NCBI GenBank assembly: GCA_963832745.1
Contig: CAWHVC010000003.1
Coordinates: 576,001 to 640,000, forward strand
Source: Candidatus Bathyarchaeota archaeon
GTDB lineage: Archaea > Thermoproteota > Bathyarchaeia > Bathyarchaeales > Bathycorpusculaceae
Direction of reading: 5' to 3'
DNA length: 64,000 nucleotides
The notes under the pieces are model-generated. The model had not been told where the DNA came from and made no database searches. It saw nothing but the letters and a program-made list of their open reading frames with translations. Positions 51,253-62,729 of the stretch are shown here, in pieces. The translations under genes were made by a program, and so were the position numbers. Numbering within the stretch: position 1 is the first letter of the stretch; every line of letters starts with the position of its first letter.

Positions 51253-52392
51253 TTACTCGACATTAAGTTCTTCCCAACGACTGTAATCAACAAGCACCAT
51301 GAATTTTTGAGCTCTGAACTCTGCATCTAAAGCTGGGTCGCCGGTGTCAACCTTTAAGCTTTTGAGGCTTCGAACCTTACCTTCTGTTGCAACAATAACA
51401 ATGTTGTCCAAGCCTACTTGCCGAATAACTCTTGAGCTGATCTGTTGGTTGCCTCTGCCAAAAATGAAGCCTTGGCCGCCAATTAAAGTTACAATAATTT
51501 TGGCTGATTTGCCGTTTAACGTTTGAAGTATCTGCTGTTCATTAACGTCCCTTTCAACAATTTGCTTGTTGATAAACAAGTCTACGCCAAGCAGAGTCTT
51601 CTTTTGATCCAACAGGTCACTAATGGTGCGTGTAGTTGTTCCTGGACCTATAATATAGAGTGTTTCTGGCTGCATGTTTTCAATAACGTAGATAGCTATG
51701 GCTGCCTGATTGCGCACTTCATCCTCCGTTGTTGGACTTGCCAGCTTGCTTACCTGAATCAAATGCGGCTCATACGGGCTAAACACGTAACCGTAAAGCT
51801 CCGCTGACAAACGCCCCTCACGGAAAGCCTGCTCATCAACATCCATAACCTCCGCTTCCCTCAACGGCAATTCACCATTCAAAAACCTAAACACAACACG
51901 CGCAGCTGCCCTTGGGTTAACCGCAAAAACTGCACTATGCATCTTAACACCAGTAGGCACCCCTAAAACTGGCAACTTTGTTTCAACCGCTCTTAGAATG
52001 TCACGAGTTGTGCCGTCACCACCACAGAAAACCAGCAAATCAGCTTTAGCGTCAACCATGCATTGAGCTATGGCTTTTGTGTCCTCTGAACTTGTCTGCT
52101 GATGCTTCTCGCCAACTACCGTATAGCTGTAGCCCTGCTTCTTTGCTTCCTCTTCGCCCATGTCTCCAGCACCAACGAGCAGGCGGATGCAGCCTTTGAG
52201 TGGTGCAAGCTCTGCAAGGAAGGCTTTGGCTCTTACTGCCGCGATGGGTTTGGCTCCGAGCGCGATGGCTCTGTCAAGGATGGCTTTTCCGTCTGTGCCT
52301 TTCAAACCTACGGCTCCACCCATACCTGCGACTGGGTTTACGATGAAGCCTATAGTTTTGGTTGGGATTTTTGCTGTCAATGGTGTTATCAA
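51253..52392 (-). CDS. ATP-NAD/AcoX kinase family protein
   Basis: NPVAGMGG..GLKGTDG, GGDGTTRD, GVKMHS and GRGNQQ motifs. Confidence 0.9.
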   Translation of the reverse strand: MITPLTAKIPTKTIGFIVNPVAGMGGAVGLKGTDGKAILDRAIALGAKPIAAVRAKAFLAELAPLKGCIRLLVGAGDMGEEEAKKQGYSYTVVGEKHQQTSSEDTKAIAQCMVDAKADLLVFCGGDGTTRDILRAVETKLPVLGVPTGVKMHSAVFAVNPRAAARVVFRFLNGELPLREAEVMDVDEQAFREGRLSAELYGYVFSPYEPHLIQVSKLASPTTEDEVRNQAAIAIYVIENMQPETLYIIGPGTTTRTISDLLDQKKTLLGVDLFINKQIVERDVNEQQILQTLNGKSAKIIVTLIGGQGFIFGRGNQQISSRVIRQVGLDNIVIVATEGKVRSLKSLKVDTGDPALDAEFRAQKFMVLVDYSRWEELNVE

Positions 52393-52578
52393 CCTGTGTA
52401 GTAAATAGGTCAGGTTTAATAAGAAATAGAATTCGGTTGTTCTAGTTAATTGAGGGCATTTGTCGTTTAACGATTGAATTCAAGAAATTGGGGAATTAAA
52501 CTGGGGGGGGGTCATCGAACGGCTTAAACACCAGAACGCTGGTTTCGTTACTTATGCAGATGTAACTGTTTGAATCAG

Positions 52579-53220
52579 TCAAGATTGCATTGGCTGGGCT
52601 GGCTGAGTTGGCGGGGTGTAATTGTATGGTTGGGTTTGGTTGTATTGTGAGAATTGTTGGTTTTTCATGCTGAAGAAGCCTATTGTAGCAAATAGCCACG
52701 AGATGAATATCAATATCAAGCCTACACCGATGATTGTCAGTATTGAGCCAATCCAGAGTAGAGTGCCTGCGGTGGCTAATGTTTGGTCACCCGTTTTTTC
52801 TGCGAGTGTGTTTAAGGTTGTTTTTAGGTTGGTTGCTGCGAGTACGTAGAATATGAACGCTACAATTAAGCTTGCCATGCCTGCTATTATGCCAGCACTA
52901 AACCCTGCTGTTGCTGCTAAGAAGCCTTCAAAGGTGAAAGCTGTTGCAGATGCTATACCTATTAAGACTGCAGCGCCCGAGAATGCTACAGCGATTATGG
53001 CGACGATGTAGTATTTTATGCCCTTCCAAGTGTTCTGGTAGACGCTTTCATCTCCATAGTAGCGTGAGAATTCTTTCATGCTTTTTACGAGCAGAACTAT
53101 GCCTACTATACCTAATACCCAGCCGACGAAGGGAATAATGCTGAGTAAAATCAGGATTGAACCCACACCAGCCATTGCTTTACTATTTTCAAAGTTTTGA
53201 GTCAAATTTTCTGCCTCCAA
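52579..53220 (-). CDS. DUF996-type membrane protein
   Basis: AGVGSIL...AGTLLWIGSILTIIGVG..W...GFFSM. Confidence 0.85.
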   Translation of the reverse strand: MEAENLTQNFENSKAMAGVGSILILLSIIPFVGWVLGIVGIVLLVKSMKEFSRYYGDESVYQNTWKGIKYYIVAIIAVAFSGAAVLIGIASATAFTFEGFLAATAGFSAGIIAGMASLIVAFIFYVLAATNLKTTLNTLAEKTGDQTLATAGTLLWIGSILTIIGVGLILIFISWLFATIGFFSMKNQQFSQYNQTQPYNYTPPTQPAQPMQS

Positions 53221-53448
53221 TTTTTGATGTTCTTATGTTCAATTCATGATTTAGCCCTAACATTTGGAAGAAAAACATCAAAAAACTTCTATGCGTTAGA
53301 GTTGGCAGCTCTAAAGGTTAGAGTTACAAAAAAAGGGCACGTCTGAAAGACTGAAAAAATTCAAGAAAAATGATTTTTTAGCCACGCCAAAACTTAGCAC
53401 AATAAAGAAAGAAAAAAATAAAAAGTTTAAAAGGAAAACTGGGGGCGG

Positions 53449-54867
53449 TTATTGTCCGCCGCTTATATACTTCTTTCTTACATCGTTGAGCCATGGGTAA
53501 AGCTTCTGAAGCTTCTCCATTGACTCAGCAACCTTCTCTGTAGGATACTCGCATGGCTGCAAGTTTCCGGCGAAATATTCACCGTAAGCCGCCATATCAA
53601 AGAAGCCATGACCAGTCAAAACAAACAGCAATGTTTTTGCCTCACCTGTTTCCTTGCATTTACGGGCTTCGTCAACAACTGCTTTGACAGCGTGTGCTGC
53701 TTCGGGTGATGGGATAATGCCTTCACTGCGGATAAAAATCTTGGCAGCATCAAAAGCGGCAACTTGGTTAACTGCTAAGGTGCTGATTTGTTTTTCTTGG
53801 GCTAAGACGCTGATGGTTGGTGCGATGCCGTGATATCTTAATCCGCCTGCGTGAATAGGTGCTGGCATGAAGTCATGACCTAAAGTGTGCATTGGGACTA
53901 ATGGTGTTAATTTTGCTGTGTCTCCATGGTCATAGGTGTATTCTCCTTTAGTGACTTTGGGGCAAGCTGTAGGTTCAACTGCTACTAACTGGGTTACTTT
54001 GGGTGCTTTCTTTGTGACACGGTCATGATAGAATGGCCAAATTAAACCCGAGAAGCTGCTGCCTCCGCCGATACAGCCGTAAATTGCGTCTGGGTAATCA
54101 TCAACCATTTCAAGCTGTTTCTGTGCTTCTAAGCCTTCAACTGTCTGATGTAAACACACGTGGTTAAAGACGCTGCCTATGGTGTAGTTGGCTTTATGAC
54201 CTGTTTTACCACTTTCCAGTGAGTCTTCAACTGCTTCGCTGATTGCGATGCCAAGTGCACCTCGGTTTTCTGGGTCTTCAGCAAGAACTTTTCTTCCAGC
54301 TGCGGTATGATTGCTTGGGCTTGCATAGACTTCAGCTCCATAAGCGTTCATCATCATTTTGCGGTAGGGTTTCTGTTCGAAGCTTGCTTTTACCATGTAT
54401 ACGGTTGCTTTGATTCCGAACATGGAAGCCGCAAATGAGAGTGCAGAACCCCATTGACCTGCGCCTGTTTCAGTGGTTACACGTTCTATGCCTTCTTTCA
54501 TGTTGTAGAAGGCTTGGGGTACGGCGCTGTTGGTTTTGTGGCTGCCAGCTGGGCTTACGCCTTCGTATTTGTAGTAAATTTTTGCGGGTGTTTTGAGTGC
54601 TTTTTCTAGGCCTACTGCTCGGAAGAGTGGTGATGGTCTCCAGATGCGGTAGATTTCTCGGACTTCGTCTGGGATGTTTATCCAGCGTTCTTGGCTTATT
54701 TCTTGACCGATGATTTCTTTGGGGAAAATTTGTGGAACTATGCCGACACCTGGTTCTTTTGTTGCAGGGTCGATGAATGGTGGAAGTGGGTGTGGTAGGT
54801 CTGGTACTATGTTGTACCATTGTTTTGGGATGTCTTCTTCTTTTAGTAAGATTTTTCGGGTTATCAT
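53449..54867 (-). CDS. trpB2: TrpB2 tryptophan synthase beta-like PLP enzyme
   Basis: [14 protein letters not shown] (PLP Lys), TETGAGQWG and HAGGLRYHG motifs. Confidence 0.95.
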   Translation of the reverse strand: MITRKILLKEEDIPKQWYNIVPDLPHPLPPFIDPATKEPGVGIVPQIFPKEIIGQEISQERWINIPDEVREIYRIWRPSPLFRAVGLEKALKTPAKIYYKYEGVSPAGSHKTNSAVPQAFYNMKEGIERVTTETGAGQWGSALSFAASMFGIKATVYMVKASFEQKPYRKMMMNAYGAEVYASPSNHTAAGRKVLAEDPENRGALGIAISEAVEDSLESGKTGHKANYTIGSVFNHVCLHQTVEGLEAQKQLEMVDDYPDAIYGCIGGGSSFSGLIWPFYHDRVTKKAPKVTQLVAVEPTACPKVTKGEYTYDHGDTAKLTPLVPMHTLGHDFMPAPIHAGGLRYHGIAPTISVLAQEKQISTLAVNQVAAFDAAKIFIRSEGIIPSPEAAHAVKAVVDEARKCKETGEAKTLLFVLTGHGFFDMAAYGEYFAGNLQPCEYPTEKVAESMEKLQKLYPWLNDVRKKYISGGQ

Positions 54868-54920
54868 GTTTCTTCTTTCCCGGATTGTTGTGAAATGAGT
54901 CTCGAAGCTTTATTTAAGCT

Positions 54921-54950
54921 TTTCAGTACATGAAGGTACTGAAATGTACA
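54921..54950. promoter_or_regulatory. TRP-box operator (putative TrpY binding sites)
   Basis: AGTACA-N4-GGTACT-N4-TGTACA; the first two boxes lie in the perfect inverted repeat TTTCAGTAC-N6-GTACTGAAA. Confidence 0.75.
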
Positions 54951-55036
54951 TTAACGTTTCGCTGAACAATGGAATCTCAAAACGTAAATTAACACTTTTA
55001 TACTTAAACGCACAAAAACATACACGCGAAACAAAC

Positions 55037-55541
55037 ATGTGGAACATGATAAAAGGCCATTTCGAAGACTACCCTGAAAGACTCAAAGTAGCACGAGTCC
55101 TAGTCGAAAACGGCTTAAGCGCCAAAGACGGCAAAATATATCTTAACCAAATCGAAATCCCGCCAGTACGCATAGCCCGAGTCGCCGGCGTAGACAGACG
55201 CACAGTAAACGAAACCCTAAGCGCCATAAACGAAGACCCTGAAATCAAGCTGCTCTTCCAAGAAATCCGCCCTGCAGGTCACTCTCTAAAAGAAATCGCC
55301 AAACACCTAAACTTAGGCGTAGTCGAACTTACCGTAGCCGACGCAAAAGCCCCCGGAATTTTATCGAGCGCAGCCACTTTATTAAACAACGCAAACCTAA
55401 GCATACGCCAAGCCATCGTAGATGACCCCGAATTATCCCCTGAACCCAAACTTACACTTCATTGTTGAATGCAAAATTCCTGGAGAATTAATTCCCGAAA
55501 TACTAAAGATTCAAGGGGTAGCAAAAGTTTCAGTATACTAG
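55037..55541 (+). CDS. trpY: TrpY-family HTH-ACT regulator (+1 frameshift near 55460)
   Basis: MW..IK..F..YP.R..VAR...GVDRR.V and DDPEL motifs; removing one base restores LTLIVECKIPGELIPEILKIQGVAKVSVY*. Confidence 0.8.
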
Positions 55542-55816
55542 ATGATTTCAAAAAAAGTTTCGCTTAGATTTAGAAATCAGGGTTCTCTATGGCTGTTGTG
55601 CTGTTCTAGTCTTAGCATGATTCCAACAACATCTAAAACAGAAAACCATAAACCCCATATTTGTGACCCGCAGATTATGCATAGGCGAAACCTAAATTAA
55701 TAATCAAAACCATTGAAATTTGTATAGCGTAGCTTTTCTACTTCTTAGGGTTGCTAGAAAAACTTATATTGTTAAGGGTGTTTTGTTGTTGTTCGCATTA
55801 AGGAGGTTTACCTGAT

Positions 55817-57497
55817 TTGTCATCATCACCTACACAAGCTGGCGGCGTACCAGTTCTTGTATTAAAAGAAGGAGCAAACCGTTCTCGCGGAAGAGAAGCA
55901 CAACATAATAATATTACCGCAGCCAAAGTTGTCGCGGAAAGCGTAAGAAGTTCGCTTGGCCCAAAAGGCATGGATAAAATGCTTGTTGACAATTTTGGAG
56001 ATGTAACCGTTACAAGCGATGGCCGCACAATACTTGATGAAATGGATGTTCAGCATCCAGCTGCAAAAATGCTTGTTGAAGTCGCCAAAACCCAAGATAA
56101 CGAAACTGGAGATGGAACAACTTCTGCAGTTGTTATCGCCGGCGACCTTTTAGGACGCGCTGAAGAGCTTATTGACAAAAACATTCACCCAACAGTAATT
56201 ATTGATGGGTTCAAAAAAGCTTCAGAGAAAGCTCTTGAAACATTAAATAAAATTTCTATGCCATTTGACCTCTCAAAATCTAAAGATTACCTAAGGAAAA
56301 CTGCTGTAACTTCAATGGCAAGTAAACTTGTCGCTGAATACAAAGAATACCTCGGCGACATAGTTGTCAAGGCAATGCTTGAAGTTTCAGAAAAACAGCC
56401 AGATGGTACCTTCAAAGTTGACATTGATGACGTCAAAGTGGAAAAGAAAACCGGCGAATCACTTGGCGACACAAAACTTATCAATGGCATAGTAATCGAC
56501 AAAGAAATCGTTCACTCCGGCATGCCCAAACGCGTTGAAAACGCAAAAATCGCCCTTATCGACGCTTCCTTAGAAAATGACAAGCCGGAAATAGATTCAA
56601 AAATTAACATTGAAAACCCATCCCAAATTGAAGCCTTCCTACAACAAGAGGAAGACATGCTGCGTGAGATGGTTGATAAAATCGTTGTCACTGGCGCAAA
56701 TGTTGTCATTTGCCAAAAAGGCATTGACGACATGGCACAGCATTTTCTTGCTAAAAAGGGTGTAATTGGTATTCGACGCGCTAAAAAGTCTGACATGGAG
56801 AAGCTTGCACGCGCTATTGGCGGAAAAATCGTTTCTGACATTGATGATATCTCTTCTGAAGATTTAGGTTGTGCAGCTTTGGTTGAGGAACGCAGAATCG
56901 GCGATGACAAAATGACTTTTGTTGAAGGCTGCAAGAACCCTAAAGCAGTCACGATTCTAATTCGCGGTGGCACTGAACGTTTAAACAATGAAGCAGAACG
57001 TTCAATCCACGATGCCTTATGCGTTATACGTGACCTAATCCAAGACCCACAAGTAGTAGCTGGTGGAAGCGCACCTGAAATGGAAATGGCAAACACTCTC
57101 AAAAAGTATGCCCAAACCCTTCCGGGCAGAGAGCAACTTGCCATACTGGTTTTCGCTGAAGCCTTAGAGTCAATTGCAGTAACATTATCAGAAAATGCTG
57201 GTTTAGACCCGATTGATATACTGTCCGAATTGCGGTCTAGACACGAAAAAGGAGAGACATGGGCAGGCATCGAAGTAAACAGCGGTAAAGTCCAAGACAT
57301 GACCCAAGCAGGAGTCTATGAACCCGTCGCAGTCAAACGTCAAATCATCAAATCAGCATACGAAGCAGCCTCCCTTATACTAAAAATCGATGATGTTATC
57401 GCCTCAGGCAAAAACAAAATGCCTCCTGGGCCACCTGGAGGAATGCCAGGCGGAATGGGTGGACATGGGCGGATATCCAGGTGCTGGAGAGTATTAA
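55817..57497 (+). CDS. ths: Thermosome (group II chaperonin) subunit; +1 frameshift near 57466
   Basis: [13 protein letters not shown] and ILKIDDVI motifs; corrected tail reads [15 protein letters not shown]. Confidence 0.95.
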
Positions 57498-57498
57498 A

Positions 57499-57744
57499 CT
57501 GTCTAACAACAAAATTACTGTAGGACCACCAAAAGTAACCCGTTTTGAGAAGGCAAGAATTGTTGGCGCTAGAGCTCTGCAAATTAGCATGGGTGCGCCA
57601 ATCCTTGTTGATGCTGACGAAACGGTGTCTAACCCGATTGATATTGCATTAAAAGAGATGGATGCGGCAGTTTTGCCAATAACCATCAGACGTACATTGC
57701 CTGACGGAACCTTCCAAGACATACCCCTCAAATGGCTAGTATAA
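57499..57744 (+). CDS. rpoK: DNA-directed RNA polymerase subunit K (Rpo6)
   Basis: [21 protein letters not shown]...PITIRR; probable CTG start 1 nt after the thermosome stop (GTG 57481 is an alternative). Confidence 0.95.
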   Translation: MSNNKITVGPPKVTRFEKARIVGARALQISMGAPILVDADETVSNPIDIALKEMDAAVLPITIRRTLPDGTFQDIPLKWLV

Positions 57745-58230
57745 ACCACATTTTTCTTTTTTCTTTAAGATTTCTTTAGCGCCTTTTAAAGTAGCATTTA
57801 TTTGAGTCCAGTGTGCTCCCTGCCAGTACACGTGACCGCAGTTTGGGCATTTCCAGAACTTGTCATAATACAAAAAAGTGTTCGCCTCCACGTCACCCTT
57901 GATTTGCTCTTTAGGAGTTGCTTGCAGTTTAGCGTTGCAACGTGGACAATGTGAACTGTCCATGTCGATTTCAAGCGGCAAACCGAACCTTTTCGCCAAT
58001 TCCGCAAGCCTCTCAGCCTCAGATTTACCCTGCAAATAAAACGCTTCAAGCCCCCTGCCCAAAGCACGTTGATACAATTCAAAATCTTTAGTTAACAAAA
58101 CTCTGCCCTCAGCTTTTGCCTGAGCCAGCAGTTGGTCGTCGGTGAGTGTTGTGGAATATTCTACGTTTTGTCCCAGCATTCTTAGCCAACGCGACAGTTT
58201 CCCAAGCATCGCATCAGCCAGAAACTTCAA
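57736..58230 (-). CDS. Mut7-C RNase domain protein (PIN-like plus zinc ribbon)
   Basis: [24 protein letters not shown] and [13 protein letters not shown]; TTG start after GGAGG. Confidence 0.92.
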   Translation of the reverse strand: MKFLADAMLGKLSRWLRMLGQNVEYSTTLTDDQLLAQAKAEGRVLLTKDFELYQRALGRGLEAFYLQGKSEAERLAELAKRFGLPLEIDMDSSHCPRCNAKLQATPKEQIKGDVEANTFLYYDKFWKCPNCGHVYWQGAHWTQINATLKGAKEILKKKEKCGLY

Positions 58231-59573
58231 GGTTTCCTCCCCGGATGATTTTTCCGTTGCCAGGTTTTTCAATGATTTCACCTTCATCCATGACCAAGAC
58301 GCCGTTAACGAAGGTTTTTACAGGTTTACCGACTACTTCCCAGCCGTTATAGGGTGAAAACTTGGCTTTAGACTTAAATTTGGAAGCGTTAATGGTCCAG
58401 CGTTGGTTATAATCTACAATTGTTAGGTCTGCGTCTTTGCCTTGCTCAAGCTTGCCTTTGCTTGTTAAGCCGAAGATTTCTGATGGCTTTTCTGCAAGCA
58501 ACTCAACCATTCGTTGCATTGTCAACTGGTTTCTCCTTACCAATGTTAGCATTAAGGGCAGCGTGGTTTCCAATCCGGGCACGCCCACTTTGACTTCCCA
58601 AACGCTGCCTAGCCGATTTTTCTTCAAGTGTATGTGGTGCATGGTCAGACCCAACTGCGTCTATGTCGCCTTGGGTTACACCTTTTCTGAGGGCTTCCTG
58701 ATGGACTACTTCGCGGAGAGGCGGTGCCATAATTGCCATCATACCATAACGTGAAACATCCGTTGATGATAACATCAAATGGTTAGGAGTAACTTCGCAG
58801 GTGACTGTTTTGCCGTCTTTTTTTGCTTCTTTGATTGCCTCTAAACCCTGCTGGCTTGTAACGTGACAAAAATGCATGTGAACCTTTGAGCCTTCACTTG
58901 CTCTAAGTAACCGTTTCATAGCATCAACTTCTGCCTGCTCGGTGTGTGCTAAAAGAAAGTTGCGGGCATCATTATGTTTGGCTTGCTTTAGCCTTTGTTC
59001 AATAGATAAAATCTGGTTTTTATCCTCAGCGTGAATCGCAACTACTGTGCCTGTTTCCCCAGCAGTTTTTAGTCCATCTTTTAGGGCTTGGTCATCGTCA
59101 ATGTTTAAACTTCCAATTTGGTTGCCCATAAACAGTTTAAACCCAACTGCACCTTGAGCCTTGATTTGTTGTAGCTCAACCAATTTTTTAGGAAACTCTG
59201 AATATAACCCCAAGTTAACAAGGGTTCGTCTTTCCGCGATTTCCATGCGGTTTTTTAGGTTTTCTACGCTGTTAGTTACTGGCTGATTGTTCGGCATATC
59301 CAAAACGGTGGTAAAGCCGCCCGCTGCCGCTGCAGAGGTGCCAGTGATAAAATCCTCTTTGTAAGCTCTTTCTTCATCTCGCAAGTGAACGTGCTCGTCG
59401 ATTAAACCGGGCAGAACCAGCATGCCGTGAAGATCAATTTTTTGGTCGGCGCTAGGCATTTGAGGTTGCCTGCCGATTTTGAAGAATTTGCCTTCTTCAA
59501 TGGCAATGCTGCATTCGAGTATTTCGCCTTTAAGGTAAGCTTTCGTGTTTATAAGGACAGAATCAACAATCAA
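58214..59573 (-). CDS. pyrC: Dihydroorotase (amidohydrolase), +1 frameshift near 58610
   Basis: IDEHVHLRD, DMPN and GSDHAPH in the first ORF; GVPGLET, DADLTIVD and SKAKFSPY in the second. Confidence 0.88.
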
Positions 59574-59679
59574 TCTAATCCACAGTCCAAGAAATAGCGG
59601 GTGGTTTGGTTAATTAAAGTTTATTTATGGTTCGTTAATGTTATTTCTGTAGGTTTTAACGTTTTTTGAAGTGGTATGT

Positions 59680-61647
59680 TTGCCTAGAAGCATTTTGCTT
59701 AGCAATGGCCAATTTGCAGTAGCCCTTGACGATAACGCTTGCATAAGAGACGTTTATTTTCCCTACGTTGGCCTTGAGAACCACGCGGTCGGTCACGCTT
59801 TCCGTTTTGGAGTATGGGCAAACGGCAATTTCGAATGGGTCAACCCAACATGGGATACTTTGATGACTTACATGCCTGAAACCTTAACCAGCCGCTACAA
59901 AATCAAAAACCAGACTCAGAGCATAGAAATGGAAGTAAACGACGCCATATATCATTCAGAAAACGTTTTTCTACGCAAAATACACCTCACCAACCAACTT
60001 GACGAGCCCCAAGAAATCCGTCTTTTCTTTACACATGACTTTCACATTTATGGTTACGAAGCAGGAGACACAGCACTTTTTGAACCACAACTAAACGCGG
60101 TTATACATTACAAAGGTAAACGGTACTTTTTGGTTGGCGGCTTAGGGGCTGGTGAAGGTTTTTATCAGTATGCAGTCGGCTACAAGGAAGTCAGCGGTAA
60201 AGAGGGTACATGGCGTGACTGTGAAGACGGTCAATTAAGCAGTAACCCTGTGGCTCAAGGTTCAGTTGATTCTGCCGTCAGCTTCCAACTAATGATTCCA
60301 CCCCACAATTACGGTTTAGTACATTACTGGATTGCCTGCGGAACAAGTTTGAATGAAGTTTCAGCCTTAAACGCAGTCGTAAAAGATGTTGGAGTTGAGC
60401 AGATGCTGCTGAAAGTAGAAAATTACTGGAGCGCATGGCTTAACCGTCTAAAACTTGATCTTAATATTTTGCCAAAAGACGTTGCTCGCCTCTACAAACG
60501 TTCCCTGCTTTTTATGCGTGCACATCTTGACGGTCACGGCGGATTTTTGGCGTCGCTGGATTCAGACATAATTGGTATTCACAGAGACACTTACTCATAT
60601 GTTTGGCCTAGAGACGGCGCCATGGCAGCCTTAGCCTTCACCACGGCAGGCTTCACAGACGTCACCGAAAAATTTTTCGAGTTTTGCCACAAAGTTATTG
60701 ACGACGAAGGTTTTTTTAAACACAAATATTTGCCCGACGGTTCGTTGGGAAGCACTTGGCATGCGCTTATTGACTCTGAAGGTCATTTGCAGTTGCCCAT
60801 TCAAGAGGATGAAACAGCAAGCGTACTCTATGCCCTATGGAAATGTTACGAGCGGACGGGTAATATAGAATTTGTAACTAAAGTTTACGATAAACTGGTG
60901 GTTAAAGCATCAGATTTTATGATGAAATATCGTGACCCAGATACGTATTTGCCTAAGCCCACGTTTGACGAATGGGAAGAGAAAATTGGTGTATTCACGT
61001 CGACTACAGCAGCTGTTTGCGCTGCATTAGATGCGGCAGCTAGGTTTGCTAAAGTATTCTATGACAGTAACCGTCAGGAAGCACTTGCTGAAGCCTGCGT
61101 TCAAACCAGAAACGCCTTAATCAAGTACCTCTATGACTCTAAACTTAAACGGTTTGTTAAAGGCATTTTGCCTAACGGTGAAACAGACTTTACACTTGAC
61201 AGCAGCATCACAACAGTCTTTGCATATAATATTTTAGACGCAAAAGATGTTTTGGTCAAAAACTCTATGGATGCTTTGACTAGTAACTTGTGGGTTAACT
61301 CGAAGGTTGGTGGATTTGCCCGTTACCAAAACGACCCTTACAGGCGAGTGGCGCTGGGTACTGCTGGAAACCCATGGTTTATTTCCACTCTTAGACTGGC
61401 AAGATGGCACATAGCCGCCGCCTTAACACCTGAGAATCTTGCGGGCGCCTTAACATTTTTACAATGGTCAACAAAAAATGCTTTACCCTCAGGCGCTTTA
61501 GCAGAACAACTTGACCCATACACGGGAAACCCAGTTTCTGCAACTCCTCTTTTATGGAGTCATGCTGAGTTTGTGCTTGCCGTAACCGAATACATAAACA
61601 AATATCAAGAATTCGCTGCCAGGTCAGAACTTGGAATGGAGGTATAA
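59680..61647 (+). CDS. Glycoside hydrolase family 15 (glucoamylase-like)
   Basis: YSYVWPRDG, QEDETA, DEWEE, LAEQ and PLLWSHAEF motifs. Confidence 0.92.
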   Translation: MPRSILLSNGQFAVALDDNACIRDVYFPYVGLENHAVGHAFRFGVWANGNFEWVNPTWDTLMTYMPETLTSRYKIKNQTQSIEMEVNDAIYHSENVFLRKIHLTNQLDEPQEIRLFFTHDFHIYGYEAGDTALFEPQLNAVIHYKGKRYFLVGGLGAGEGFYQYAVGYKEVSGKEGTWRDCEDGQLSSNPVAQGSVDSAVSFQLMIPPHNYGLVHYWIACGTSLNEVSALNAVVKDVGVEQMLLKVENYWSAWLNRLKLDLNILPKDVARLYKRSLLFMRAHLDGHGGFLASLDSDIIGIHRDTYSYVWPRDGAMAALAFTTAGFTDVTEKFFEFCHKVIDDEGFFKHKYLPDGSLGSTWHALIDSEGHLQLPIQEDETASVLYALWKCYERTGNIEFVTKVYDKLVVKASDFMMKYRDPDTYLPKPTFDEWEEKIGVFTSTTAAVCAALDAAARFAKVFYDSNRQEALAEACVQTRNALIKYLYDSKLKRFVKGILPNGETDFTLDSSITTVFAYNILDAKDVLVKNSMDALTSNLWVNSKVGGFARYQNDPYRRVALGTAGNPWFISTLRLARWHIAAALTPENLAGALTFLQWSTKNALPSGALAEQLDPYTGNPVSATPLLWSHAEFVLAVTEYINKYQEFAARSELGMEV

Positions 61648-61654
61648 TAAAGGG

Positions 61655-61957
61655 TTGTTTGCTAAATTATGTGATAAACGTTTTTTGCCTGTTGGGGAAT
61701 TGCGGTCATTCAAAGTCCGTGGTTACGAAATTTTAGCGGTTAATCTTGGTGATAAAGTGTCCTGTTTGGATGGACGTTGTTCTCATGCTGGGGCGCCTTT
61801 GGCTGAGGGGACACTTGACGGAGGGATTCTAACTTGTCCATGGCATTATTCGCAATTCAACATAACAAACGGACAAGTGATTAGAGGTCCAGCCTACAAA
61901 CCGCTTAAAGTTTACAGGGTTCAAGAAAAAGAAAACAGCGTATATGTTGACTTATAA
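61655..61957 (+). CDS. Rieske-type [2Fe-2S] ferredoxin
   Basis: CSH...CPWH motifs. Confidence 0.9.
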   Translation: MFAKLCDKRFLPVGELRSFKVRGYEILAVNLGDKVSCLDGRCSHAGAPLAEGTLDGGILTCPWHYSQFNITNGQVIRGPAYKPLKVYRVQEKENSVYVDL

Positions 61958-61987
61958 TTTAAGCATAAAAAAGAAGAGCTTACTACC

Positions 61988-62569
61988 TTACTTTTCTTGT
62001 TCTAGTTCAATGCGGCATTCGTCGCAAAGATTTTGGCCGTTGTGTTCTTTAAGGTTTTCAGAGTAAGCTTCACAGCGGTCGCAGTAACCGGACTGCGGTG
62101 CCTCTTCAAGTTCTTCTACAGGAGAACCTTCGATGCGTGTGTGTTCCTGCATTATTTCGATAAGCTCCGGCATAACACCAAGCAGGTCTTTATCTGAAAC
62201 TATGCCAACCAAGTTGCCTTTGTAGAAGACACCTAACCGTCTGATGTCTAGGCGGTTCATTCTTCTTGCAGCGTCACTTATGGTGGCCTCAGGTTCAATG
62301 GTGACAAGTGGAGTGGTCATGATTTCTTTTGCTTTAATCTCGTCTGGCTTATTGTTTCTGGCGATTACACGGATTACTAGGTCACGTTCAGTTATGATTC
62401 CAATGGGTTTTCCTTCTTTGTTGGTGACGATTACTGCTCCTAATCCTTCTTTGTCCATTGCGGTGGCGATGTTGTTGGTTGTTTCCTCTTCGTCAGCGGT
62501 TACTACTGGGCTGCTCATAACATCTTTAACTAGCATTTTTGTTCTTAATCCAAATTCTGACATTGACAT
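61988..62569 (-). CDS. CBS-domain pair protein with C-terminal zinc ribbon
   Basis: Two CBS repeats (GIITERD) and CDRC...CDEC. Confidence 0.9.
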   Translation of the reverse strand: MSMSEFGLRTKMLVKDVMSSPVVTADEEETTNNIATAMDKEGLGAVIVTNKEGKPIGIITERDLVIRVIARNNKPDEIKAKEIMTTPLVTIEPEATISDAARRMNRLDIRRLGVFYKGNLVGIVSDKDLLGVMPELIEIMQEHTRIEGSPVEELEEAPQSGYCDRCEAYSENLKEHNGQNLCDECRIELEQEK

Positions 62570-62729
62570 ATCCACTCGATAACTGAGATAATTCGCCTTT
62601 ACATGTTCAAAATAAGAAAAGCGCAATTTAAGAGTTGCCTACACAATGCTTGCAAAAATACTGTCCAATTTTTCTGCAAGTTTTATATCGCGCCCCATTC
62701 TCTTAACCCAGACGCTGAAGATGACCTTG

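Noticed and set aside
55570-55700. Possible tiny Cys-containing ORFs on the minus strand between trpY and the thermosome
   Set aside because: The Cys pairs fall in different frames and there is no convincing start or SD.
55734-55761. TTTTCTA-N14-TAGAAAA inverted repeat upstream of the thermosome as a heat-shock operator
   Set aside because: Short AT-rich arms overlapping the BRE; does not match the Phr or HSR1 motifs as I know them.
56512-57300. 262-aa antisense ORF in the thermosome gene, and similar shadow ORFs elsewhere
   Set aside because: Antisense shadows of conserved, codon-biased genes.
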